The notes beneath the pieces are model-generated. The model was not told the DNA's origin, ran no database searches, and saw only the letters and a program-made list of their open reading frames with translations. The translations under genes and the position numbers were made by a program. A stretch of DNA of 64,000 nt from positions 3,892 through 67,891 of the forward strand of contig JAZNGX010000176.1 in assembly GCA_045576675.1 (NCBI GenBank), read 5' to 3'. The DNA is from Clostridia bacterium (GTDB lineage Bacteria > Bacillota > Clostridia > Monoglobales > Firm-18). Shown here one piece after another: positions 11,785-21,900 of the stretch (position 1 is its first letter; each line of letters opens with the position of its first letter).

Positions 11785-12633
11785 TCAAATATTTAATAAT
11801 ACAACAGATACTATGCCTAATATAAAGCCTGCAAACTGTTTGTTCGTAAGTCTTTCTTTATAAAATACTCTCGAAACAACATATGTAACAATAATTCCGC
11901 CTGCAGAAATTAGAGGAAACATTATAGAAACAGACATTCTTGCAGATAAAATCATAACAAACAGATTAACTGCTCCGTTCATCAGACCGCAGATTAGTCC
12001 GTAATGCCAACCACATTTAATATAATTTACCATTTCTTTTCTTTCTTTAACAAAGCAAATAATCAAAAGTACAACGGCAGAAATCAAAAGTGCAATTATC
12101 ATAAATTCGTTTTTGTATGCGCCGTCAAATCTTACCTGCTGTAAATTCTGAAATACCGAGCATAAGCCACCTGATACAAACGCTATTATTACACTTATTA
12201 CCCATTTTAACGATATTGTTGCATCATCACCTGTTTTGTTGATGAGAAACAAAGAAATCATCAGCAAAATAATTCCCGGAATAAATCCGATGCTCATAGA
12301 CTCGTGTAGAAAAATCAGTCCGTAAACCGTTGGCAACATAAGCGAATATGATGAAATAAGGCTTGTTAACGAAACTGAACCACAAGCGATTGCAATAAAA
12401 ATCGAAACATTCGACAACGAAAAAACTGTTGCAAACAAAATCGAATATGGGATTATTTTTGCATCAAAGTACATATTTTTTGACGTAAGCACAAAGAAAA
12501 GCATCGATGCAACAGCAGTTAACACACCGAACAAATATACGCCGTCACCTTTTGTTTTTTCAGAATATGGTTTTTTTATAATGTTCTGACCTGCAACAAA
12601 CAGTATTATTGTTACCAGATATAAAGCATTCAT
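11785..12633 (-). CDS. DMT/EamA-superfamily membrane transporter (about 10 TM), last gene of the glycan operon
   Basis: 282 aa, hydrophobic throughout with the two-halves organisation typical of DMT carriers. RBS GGGAGGAA lies 19 nt after the upstream stop. Substrate unknown. Confidence 0.55.
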   Translation of the reverse strand: MNALYLVTIILFVAGQNIIKKPYSEKTKGDGVYLFGVLTAVASMLFFVLTSKNMYFDAKIIPYSILFATVFSLSNVSIFIAIACGSVSLTSLISSYSLMLPTVYGLIFLHESMSIGFIPGIILLMISLFLINKTGDDATISLKWVISVIIAFVSGGLCSVFQNLQQVRFDGAYKNEFMIIALLISAVVLLIICFVKERKEMVNYIKCGWHYGLICGLMNGAVNLFVMILSARMSVSIMFPLISAGGIIVTYVVSRVFYKERLTNKQFAGFILGIVSVVLLNI

Positions 12634-12652
12634 TTAATTCCTCCCAAAAGTA

Positions 12653-14335
12653 TTAACCCTTCCAGTTAGGATTAAATCCGCTTATATCGTTGCCGTCCAA
12701 CATCAGTGTTCGATAATATGTAAGCAAATCGTCAACCTTTATATTGTCATTGTTAATACTTCTTATTGTGTTATATTCAGGCAAATTCCAAGCCAGATGA
12801 TTTGTATTCCAGCAATGGAATTTTTTAACACCTGCATTTTGCATTTGTGCAACAACCTTTTTGTAATAATCAAGGGTCTGAGTGTTAGCCCACGGTAATA
12901 CATTATATACCTCAACTCCATATTTTTCAAGAGCAAGATATTCTTTTGCGTAACCCAAAACCTTTTCTACGTTTGTTGCAAAGTTTCTTTTTACAATTTC
13001 AGTATCTAACGTTTTGGCGTTATACTTATCCATATCAATTGTGCCATCATCCTTAAGGCATCCGTCAAGGTCTTCGTATATTTCCATATCGTGCTGAGTG
13101 GCAGCATCAATAAGACCAAGCCTTGCCCATTCTTCGACATCAAGACCAAGATGCTTTGATGTTGCAAGACCATAATCTGTAATTACGTTAAGCCTAATAT
13201 TGCTACCGATTAATTCTCTTACCCGTTTTACAAAGTCTGTCATAAATTCGCACCAAACACCATGCAATCTTTCATCTGAAACAGGCAAAGTAATCGGGTC
13301 AACATCAGGATACAACTCCCTAAATCTGTCTATAACAGGCTGTTCAAATCCAATATGAATACCTCTTGTAAATATCAGTGAAATTCCGTCAAAACCACAC
13401 TCAAGGCCTAATTTCAATGAATTGAGCATATAATCTCTTACCTCGGGATAAGCAAATGAACAAGCTTTTATTGTTCTGCCGTCACGGTTTTTACAATAAT
13501 ACTGCTTGTTATCAGCAAAGAAATTCTTACTGTAAAACGGAATTCCGCCACTTAATACAAAATTGGCAGGACTCATTCTGACCGATGAGTACATTTTCAT
13601 TCCATATTTGTGTCCATATTCAACATATCTGGTCAAAAGCTTTTTCGGCTCAAAATTGTAACCATTCCATTTTTTGGGAAGAAAGCTTGAAAGCGGCACA
13701 TAGCTGTCATCTTGAATCTGATCTCCAAAAGGATATGTTTCAATATTGCAAATATCAACATTTGAATTTTTCAGTGCATATATCTTCATCAATGTGTCAT
13801 CATAGGTTTTATATTCCTCTGTGATGAACGGGTCAATATCAATATGCCCCTGAACACATCTGTTTTTCTCGCCATTGTAAGCTTCTATTTCAGCCTCATC
13901 CATTTTTTCGCATCTTATCCATACCAGATTTGATGCAGGATTCCCGTTGGTTTCAGGCTTCCTGATAATAAGCCTTTGTCCAGTTAAATCAGCACTTTTC
14001 CAATAATACTCCTGCATATATTCATAAGTCATCCACACCTTTGGATTACCCTGTGGCGGAGTTCTTAAGCCTGCAAAACATAAATCATCAGTAAGCTTTG
14101 CATAAGTATAATGGTCAGTTCCAAAATCAATCTGACACAAGTAAATTCTGTGCCATCCCTCAAGATCAAGCTCAAGCTCAATATTTTCAGGTCGTGCTTC
14201 CTGAGCTGCCACCAACATTGTGCCGGTTCCAAGCTTTGTTTCATAAGACATACTACGCCATTTTGACAATTCAAATTTCTCTGATATGTTTTCTTTGTTC
14301 ACGGCAATAGCCGGCAAGTCATAAAAAACACTCAT
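12653..14335 (-). CDS. Cytoplasmic hypothetical protein, possibly a TIM-barrel glycoside-hydrolase-like fold
   Basis: Start moved to ATG 14335 (RBS GGGGAGAG), giving 560 aa. No signal peptide. Segment CGFDGISLIFTRGIHIGFEQP..YPDVDP resembles GH-like (GHL) barrels, but I cannot assign a family by eye. Confidence 0.45.
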   Translation of the reverse strand: MSVFYDLPAIAVNKENISEKFELSKWRSMSYETKLGTGTMLVAAQEARPENIELELDLEGWHRIYLCQIDFGTDHYTYAKLTDDLCFAGLRTPPQGNPKVWMTYEYMQEYYWKSADLTGQRLIIRKPETNGNPASNLVWIRCEKMDEAEIEAYNGEKNRCVQGHIDIDPFITEEYKTYDDTLMKIYALKNSNVDICNIETYPFGDQIQDDSYVPLSSFLPKKWNGYNFEPKKLLTRYVEYGHKYGMKMYSSVRMSPANFVLSGGIPFYSKNFFADNKQYYCKNRDGRTIKACSFAYPEVRDYMLNSLKLGLECGFDGISLIFTRGIHIGFEQPVIDRFRELYPDVDPITLPVSDERLHGVWCEFMTDFVKRVRELIGSNIRLNVITDYGLATSKHLGLDVEEWARLGLIDAATQHDMEIYEDLDGCLKDDGTIDMDKYNAKTLDTEIVKRNFATNVEKVLGYAKEYLALEKYGVEVYNVLPWANTQTLDYYKKVVAQMQNAGVKKFHCWNTNHLAWNLPEYNTIRSINNDNIKVDDLLTYYRTLMLDGNDISGFNPNWKG

Positions 14336-14406
14336 ATAAATCTCTCCCCTGATAATATTAACGGCTCTTTTGCGTGTATTAAACGCACGCAAAAGAACCA
14401 TTTGAA

Positions 14407-17133
14407 TTAATATTTGTATACTACAATTCCGTATAAAACGCCCGTTGTTGTATGTATTGCAACTCTGTAATTCGGATTCATTGAATATACATATGACTGC
14501 AGCTCGTTTGCACTTAATTGTGTAATCTTTTTATCACTTCTGCTCATATCACACAAATAAATCATCTTTAAATTGCCGCCAATCCTATATATACCACTGC
14601 TTCCGGTCGGGTCAACAGGTGCTCCCGCAGTTGCAGGAATATTCATAGTTGTTTTAATAACATTTGAATTCGCCTGATGGATAATACCATAGAACAAATG
14701 ATGATCAGCACCGGCGGTACCAGCATTTGAACCATCGTTGAACAATATCTGACCGGGAAGTGTGTTACCTGCACTTGCATCAAATACAGGACCGTTGTTA
14801 TGAATCTCATAAACAAGACCGTCAACATCAGAATATGCTATAATATCACCCTTGCTAATATTGCTTACCAAAGAAGGATCTTCAACAGTAAGCTTAACCT
14901 TTGCGTTGCCTGCCATCGTGATACCGTCAATTTTAATAACTTCAACTCCATCGTCGTCAAATGTCGTTTTCATATCGGTAACAAGTGTAAGTGAATCGTA
15001 TCCTGCACCTGAGCCTCCGCCTGATGTATCTCTTATAACAATAGCTTTTGCAACAGCATCATCATCAAAATCAACACCGTATGCATCAACAGTAATATTT
15101 GTCTGACCAATTATATAAGTATTAAGATAATTTGTGTTTCTGATTTTATATAATCCGTCATTTCCATAATTTGCAGGGTCCGCAGGCACCGCAAAAATAA
15201 CAGTACTGCTATCTAATAGGAAGCTTACATTATTTCCGCTGAAGAAAAATTCTCCCCACTTAGACCAACGGTTACCTGTTGAAGTGTACTTAGACAAATT
15301 CGCAGCTGTTTCGCCTCTTCCTGAAACTGAGGTATCAATAGCATTGATAGTGTTTTTCCCGTTTGTGGTAAAGCGTATAAGCTGCGGAATCGAGTCAGCC
15401 TGTACAACACCTGCATCGTCAGTTTTCAAGTCTGTAAGTGCATCTGTTCCGCTTTTCTTTGTGCCGTCAATAGTGATTTTTTCGTCAGTATTGTACACCT
15501 CTGGTTCAAGTGCATCCTCAGCAAGCAGCTTAACATACAAGCTTTCGCTCATTGTATTTTCAGTTTCTGTAGCTTTAATCAAATAACCGAACTTCCATTT
15601 GTCAGAAGTGTCAAGGCTTACTGCGGCAACCTTTTCATCCATATCAAGATAGAACACACCGCTATCGCCCACACTTAAATCAATCGCATTGTTGTTTCCG
15701 GCAGTAACCGCTGCCATATAACTGTCTGCAATGCGGAAGCTTTCGCCATCAACTGTTATTATTTCACCCTCGGCATCGACTTCGATATTTGAAATCACAC
15801 CAAATACAGGGTCGTTAAATACAGTGGCAGTTAACACTGATAAATCATTACTTAGTGCAACTGATAAAACATCCCACTTGGAAAGGTCACCGATTCCGAT
15901 ATCGTCTCCCCACATACCTTTAAGTGACACTATATCATAATCATCAGGTGAAATTGAAATCATACTGCCATACATATCTGCTACAAATCCATCAGATACA
16001 TTCACAGAATTTACAACATAATTTGTAAATTCAAACACGTTTATTACATCGTAAACATAGTCGTCATTGTTGTCTATAAGTGTAACAGTACCAGTTGCAG
16101 GAGCAAGTGTATCCAGAGTAAAGCCAGGGAATGCAACTCCGTTGTAAATAACGTCAACCTCATCAGAAATCTCATATTCTATAGCCTTTTTGTCGCCTTC
16201 AACAACAAAATTTGTATATGAGAACTGAGCACTTGTGCGAAGTATATCATCCGCCTTTACAGTTACAATATTATTCTTTCTGTCATTTAATGTGTATGTT
16301 ATTATTTCGTAATCATCATTTTCGTCTTCAATGTAATACGCCTTTACATTGTAACCAAGATAATCACCAATGTCCAAATCACCTGCAAAATAGCTGACAC
16401 CATTGATACGTACAATGTTTTCAGGCTGCTTTGCCTTTCTTGTAAGTGTTGTTATTTCATTTGCATCAATAATTCCATCAACAGTTTTAATATCAAAGTT
16501 TACATCAAGCAGTGTTTCGCCCTCAATTGCCTTATACTCTTTGGCAACACCAAAGCCAACCTGCTGCAACACCTCAGTGTGCAATGCTTTGTATATTAAA
16601 TTAATAAGCTTTTCATAAGTAATGTCCTCTCCAACAAGACCTGTAACGTCATTGCAGATTTTAACCTCATTACCTATTGTTAAATATCCAACAGGATATC
16701 CGCCGTTTTTATCAGCAAGCATTTCGTAGCCGATAACATTAACAAGTGCTGTTACTGCCTCTTCATACTTTACAGTGTCATCAGGTCTGAAGCTGCCATC
16801 ACCAAAGCCACTTACAACGCCAAGGTCGGCTGCCGCCTGAATACTGCCTGCATAAGCGTTTTTGGCAATATCATTGAATGAATACGACTGATAAACCATA
16901 TTCTTTGTGCTTTCAGCATTGTACAGCTTAAGAAGAATATCGCACATTTCTCCTCTTGTAATAATATGCTCTAGGTCATATTCATCGTCAGTCTGTATAA
17001 CTCCGATTTGTTCCAGAAGTGTGATTGCCTTTTCAGTATAAGGCAACGAAGCATCAGAGCTTGCATACGCAAATGGCACAGAAATAATACTTAATATTAA
17101 TAACAGTGCCGTTAATTTGATTACTGTTTTCAA
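14407..17133 (-). CDS. Secreted cell-wall-anchored protein, N-terminal SLH triad plus ~700-aa unknown beta-rich region
   Basis: 908 aa. Signal peptide MKTVIKLTALLLILSIISVPFAYA. SLH repeats (ITRGEMCDILLKL; FNDIAKNAYAGSIQAAADLGVVSGFGDGSFRPDDTVKYEEA). Remainder unrecognised. Confidence 0.7.
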   Translation of the reverse strand: MKTVIKLTALLLILSIISVPFAYASSDASLPYTEKAITLLEQIGVIQTDDEYDLEHIITRGEMCDILLKLYNAESTKNMVYQSYSFNDIAKNAYAGSIQAAADLGVVSGFGDGSFRPDDTVKYEEAVTALVNVIGYEMLADKNGGYPVGYLTIGNEVKICNDVTGLVGEDITYEKLINLIYKALHTEVLQQVGFGVAKEYKAIEGETLLDVNFDIKTVDGIIDANEITTLTRKAKQPENIVRINGVSYFAGDLDIGDYLGYNVKAYYIEDENDDYEIITYTLNDRKNNIVTVKADDILRTSAQFSYTNFVVEGDKKAIEYEISDEVDVIYNGVAFPGFTLDTLAPATGTVTLIDNNDDYVYDVINVFEFTNYVVNSVNVSDGFVADMYGSMISISPDDYDIVSLKGMWGDDIGIGDLSKWDVLSVALSNDLSVLTATVFNDPVFGVISNIEVDAEGEIITVDGESFRIADSYMAAVTAGNNNAIDLSVGDSGVFYLDMDEKVAAVSLDTSDKWKFGYLIKATETENTMSESLYVKLLAEDALEPEVYNTDEKITIDGTKKSGTDALTDLKTDDAGVVQADSIPQLIRFTTNGKNTINAIDTSVSGRGETAANLSKYTSTGNRWSKWGEFFFSGNNVSFLLDSSTVIFAVPADPANYGNDGLYKIRNTNYLNTYIIGQTNITVDAYGVDFDDDAVAKAIVIRDTSGGGSGAGYDSLTLVTDMKTTFDDDGVEVIKIDGITMAGNAKVKLTVEDPSLVSNISKGDIIAYSDVDGLVYEIHNNGPVFDASAGNTLPGQILFNDGSNAGTAGADHHLFYGIIHQANSNVIKTTMNIPATAGAPVDPTGSSGIYRIGGNLKMIYLCDMSRSDKKITQLSANELQSYVYSMNPNYRVAIHTTTGVLYGIVVYKY

Positions 17134-17155
17134 TGTGTGTTTCCTCCTCTCGCCA

Positions 17156-18934
17156 TTACTTTAAGCCAAGCAGCATATTTATAACCTTTGCAGCCTGAGC
17201 ACGTGTTGTAAAATCAGTTGGTGCAAACATATTACCACCAACACCGTTAATAATCTCTGCACTGTAAAGAGCTGAAACACTTACCTTTGCATAATCAGCA
17301 ATATCTTTACCGTCTTCAAAGCTTAATGCAAGATTGCCGTTAAGCTCTACACCTGCAGCAGTCAAAGCTCTGTAAGCCATTACAGCCATATCCTGACGTG
17401 TGATATTTTCGCCAACACCAAAGCTGTTGTCAAAGCCTTTAACTATACCAAGGCTGTCTGCAGTTGCTATATAAGGATAACACCAGTCTGCTTTTGCTAC
17501 GTCGTTATAAACAACATCTGAGCTGTCTGCCTTCAAATCAAATGCAAGCACAAGCATTTTAACAAACTGTTCTCTTGTAACATTGGCATTCGGAGCAAAC
17601 CGGTCATCACCAACGCCGTTTATAACGCCAAGCTTTGCAAGATTGTAAATGCTTTCGTGAGCCCAAGAGCCAACCTCGTTTATATCTGAAAATGAAACAG
17701 TTGTTTCAACAGGCTTTGTTACTTCTTCTTTCTTTTCTTCAACATCGCCTAAATACGAAACGTTTGTTTTCACTCCACCGCCGAAGGAACCGCCGCCTCC
17801 GCCGCCACCTGATGAACCTCCGCCTGTTACAGGACGGTTGTTATTATTGCCCTGATTCTGATTAACAGGTGTAAAGAAGTTTGCAAATGCAGTCTGTATT
17901 TCTGCAACTGATTTAAAGCTCTTATGAGCAAGTGCCTTACCAAGCTCAAGCTTGTCTGCAGTTACAAAATCGCCACTTAAATCAAGATTTAAAATGTTGT
18001 TATAAGCAACAAGCACATCAGCTAAGCTTTCACGTGTTGCATTATTTACCATACCTATTGCAACCGCCACTTTATAACACTTGTTAATATCCTCTATATC
18101 AAGAGGTTTTAGCTGCTGACGAACATTCATAAAAGCCTTATGTATTTCTTCCTTATCTGTTTTTGCCTTGTACTCGTCCTCTTCTGTTTCATACTCGAAG
18201 TCTTCAGGCTTATATTCATCACCCAAGTCTATTGAAAGACATTCATCATAGCGTATAAGTGCTGCACCGATATCTGTTGTTGTATTTAATGTACCAATAC
18301 CAACAGCCTTTTCAAACAAGCCGACAAATTGTTCAATTGTTGTAATTGATGTAACTCCTGCTTCGTCTCTTACGGCAACAAAAGCTTCACCTGTTGCAGC
18401 TTCGGCTGAAGCATAAGCATTATAAAGCTCAGCAGGCACACTTAAAACACCTGTATCTGTCATATTCTGCTTTAAAGCAAGCCCAATATTTGCTGTAGTT
18501 GCTGTACTTGCTGCCAACAATGCAGAATTCACTTCACCAACAGTTGCATAATAGAATGGTACTGTTCGCTGTGCTAATTCAATATCATCTGCACCCTCGC
18601 CAAGGATTATATTGTAATAACCGCTTTGGATATACGCAGGTAGCTTTATTGAGAAATCCACTGCACCGTCTTCTGCAGTTGTTAATTCATCAACAGCGTA
18701 AACTATTGTTGCAAAATTTTGCGGAGTAATGTCCGCAGGTGTACTTCCTGCTGACATTACATACACAGAGATTTTCTGCTCACCACCATCTGCAACACCG
18801 TTTAATGTAACCTGTCTTGTTTGACTGTTAACTGTAGCCGTTAATGAATATCCTGCTGAAAATACATTTAAACTAAAAGAGAAAATGCTAGCAATTATCA
18901 ATACCAGTGTAACAATACTTTTAAATTTTTTCAT
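17156..18934 (-). CDS. Secreted protein with Gly-rich linker and C-terminal SLH triad
   Basis: 592 aa. Signal peptide. Linker NNNRPVTGGGSSGGGGGGGSFGGG. Three SLH repeats (FSDINEVGSWAHESIYNLAKLGVINGVGDDRFAPNANVTREQ; YNDVAKADW..; FEDGKDIADYAK..FAPTDFTTRAQAA). Confidence 0.7.
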   Translation of the reverse strand: MKKFKSIVTLVLIIASIFSFSLNVFSAGYSLTATVNSQTRQVTLNGVADGGEQKISVYVMSAGSTPADITPQNFATIVYAVDELTTAEDGAVDFSIKLPAYIQSGYYNIILGEGADDIELAQRTVPFYYATVGEVNSALLAASTATTANIGLALKQNMTDTGVLSVPAELYNAYASAEAATGEAFVAVRDEAGVTSITTIEQFVGLFEKAVGIGTLNTTTDIGAALIRYDECLSIDLGDEYKPEDFEYETEEDEYKAKTDKEEIHKAFMNVRQQLKPLDIEDINKCYKVAVAIGMVNNATRESLADVLVAYNNILNLDLSGDFVTADKLELGKALAHKSFKSVAEIQTAFANFFTPVNQNQGNNNNRPVTGGGSSGGGGGGGSFGGGVKTNVSYLGDVEEKKEEVTKPVETTVSFSDINEVGSWAHESIYNLAKLGVINGVGDDRFAPNANVTREQFVKMLVLAFDLKADSSDVVYNDVAKADWCYPYIATADSLGIVKGFDNSFGVGENITRQDMAVMAYRALTAAGVELNGNLALSFEDGKDIADYAKVSVSALYSAEIINGVGGNMFAPTDFTTRAQAAKVINMLLGLK

Positions 18935-18938
18935 TATT

Positions 18939-21900
18939 TCACTCCGTTCCTAATGTAGCCAGCAACCTTGTTATAGCCGCTACAGCCTGTGCTCTTGTAA
19001 CATTGCCTTTCGGTGAGAATTTCTGTTCACCAACACCCTCCATCAATTCAAGTGCTGATGCCTTATTTACGCTTGCCTTTGTCCAGTCTGCAATACTTCC
19101 GCTGTCTGCAAAGCTTGCAGAATTTCCGCTTGGTGCAATGCCACATTTTTTATCATATACACGAACAATTATATCCGCCATTTCTTCTCTTGTGATTGCA
19201 TTTTCTGGCTTGAACACATTGCCATTTAATAATTCGTCATTAATATAACCTAAATCATAAGCCTGCTGCAGATATGTTGCAAACCAGTCATCGGGATTAA
19301 CATCGTTTGCTATGCCCTTATATAATGTTAAGTCGTAGAAAATATTCTTTTCTTTCAAAGCACGAACAATCATAGCAACAAACTGTGATCTTGTTACCTC
19401 TGAATCAGGGTCATAAATGCCTTCTTCAACGCCCTTTACAAAGCCTGCCTTTGCAGCCTTTAAGATTTCATCCTTTGCCCAGTGACCATCAATATCACTA
19501 AACGTTGGATTTACAGCAACAGTATCAGCCTCAAGAATGCCAAAATCAGAGATATAACCAACTTTGCTGAACTCGTTCTTAGCATCTTCTATGTCCGAAT
19601 CAAACATCCAATCCTCAACAGCAATAATCCATAAATTGCCATCTCTTAATGCCCAAGCATTACCCTTGTCTGTTGTAGCAAGTACTTCAGATGTAGCAGT
19701 TGGCTTTAATACCTGTACAGTCATGCCATCAGCATTCACATCAGTTTCGCTTGTGTAATACTTATCAATTTCAGGAACCGCACCTAAATCCTTACGTGCT
19801 CCCATAAATACAACCTTTTTATATTCCGGACGTGATCTTAACATTTCACAAAGTGATGGTCCGTAAAGTCTTGATGCCGGAGCATCAGACATATTTGTAA
19901 CCAACAACTCTGTATCAATCCACGGATCCATCAAAGGCAAAAGTACAAAATCAGAAGTTACACGCGGATATGATCTGTTAACCATATCACCATCATAATG
20001 AACAGCTGTGAAAATGTTTGGCTTATACCACCAAGCATCAGCAGCGGGATACATATAACCGTGATCATACACATACTTTGACTTAACCAGTTCCTTTACT
20101 CTTGAAGGTTGTGTCAGTATTTTACGGTAGTTGTTAGCCCATTCATATAATGCTGGCTTTGTTTCGTAAGCATATGCCTGTATAATTATACCTGAATTGT
20201 TATTGGAAATAAGGAAATCATAAATTCCCTTTGCACCGGTGTCAAGCAACAAATTAAAATGATCGTGCATATATTCCTCAGTTGGATAGCTCGTTTCGCC
20301 CGATTCATACTTCAAATTAATATTTTCTTCAGTATTAGTTTCGGTTACAACAAGCCAAACCGTCTTCTTGCTGGCATTTGCCTGACTGTAATACGAACCG
20401 TTTCTACCCATTGACTTTGGTGTTGCACCATAAGTTTCGCAGCCTATTCCATCAAAACCATAGTTTTCTGATGTAGCAATACGATATGAAGAATATGAAT
20501 CAGTCATCTTATACACAACAGGTGTATCAATGTACTTTTTCACAGCTTCAGCCATATCGTTATCAAAATCACGATGCTTTTCTGAAACGAAATCGGTAAA
20601 ATCGCTCCACATTCTGCTGTTATATGTATCAGAATAATAAAGCTCGTTTGTATAAGCATCAGCCGCATAAGTGCCATAGCCGCCCGCTTCATCTTTATCG
20701 GTTGTATAAAGCGGAATTATAAGTGCAGCCTTTTCAAAGCTTTCAAGAGCAGGTGTGATTTTCCAGGAATCGTTTAAAACATCAATTGTTCTATATCTTG
20801 TTTCCAAAAACTTAGCATATTTTTCATTTGCAGTATCATTGAATACTCTTGCAGATTCCATATCATTGGCGTAAGAAGACTCATTAAAGCACAAGTCAAT
20901 CCACATTGTAAATCCATCGCCAACCTCAAGTCTTTCTGCAAATTCGCCAACATTTTTAACTGTTATATCGCCAAATTCCAGGAAGTTACTAAAGTTAGAT
21001 GTGGGCCTGCCTTTGAACTTTGGAGTAAATGCAACTGTGTATGCCTTGCCTTCGCCTTCCGGTAACTCAACCTCGGCACTAAAACGCCAGTTGCCGCCGC
21101 CTAAGCTTTCAATCTTGCCGTCACCATTCTGAACAGCATTTTGTGTTTCCTGATCAATAACAATAAACTTTACAGCTGTTCCTTCGGGATTAGCATAATT
21201 TGCAAAACCATTTCCCGGTGCATCAAGAGTTACAGTACCGCTTTCAGTAACGTCTTTTACACGTACAGTTGCTCTACCATTATCAATACCTCTGATATAA
21301 TAAGCCTCAAAATCGTGTCTTGCACGGTCAAGTCTATCATTCAACTGAATTGAGTAATTTATGCCTTTTTCATCAAGTACAGCGAAAAGATATTCAAAAG
21401 CCCAAGTGGGATAATCAATATTAAAGCCTCGGCTGTTGATATAAATATCAGTTACGTTATGCTCAACAAGTCTGCCGATAAATTCAAGGTCAGCCTGGAA
21501 ATTCTTTTCGTTGTTTGCCGGGTTGTTAACATCAAAATAGCAAAGATAATCAAAAGCAACCATACCGCCTAATGGTATATAAGGCACACCGTCTCTTATC
21601 TTGGTGAATGTCTGATTTACATACCAGAAATGACAATTTCCTGATTTTTCACTGTCCAAAAAGCCGTAACTCATAGGCTTGTAATGCTCGCCTACATTTG
21701 GTTTGCTTTTAACAAGGTTAACGTTTATCACATCGTTCTGCATTAATTTGGTCTTATGAAGTCCAACCGTCGCAGTATATGCACCTTTAGGAATAGCCTC
21801 GGTTACAGTAAATGAACAGCTTAATTCATTTTCTTCTCCCGGAATCCACTTTGAAGTTTCAACAGTTTCACTGCCTTCCAATACACCCCAAAGCACATCC

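Noticed and set aside
11672-11788. 39-aa N-terminal extension of spoVT in the ORF track
   Set aside because: SpoVT/AbrB proteins begin at the MKATGIVRR swapped-hairpin motif. The internal ATG at 11671 has its own RBS, and the extension would overlap the upstream DMT gene stop.
17760-17835. GC-rich ccgcc/gccgcc repeats as a possible tandem repeat or CRISPR-like array
   Set aside because: The stretch is in frame within the 592-aa gene and encodes the GGGSSGGGGGGGSFGGG linker. There is no spacer-repeat periodicity.
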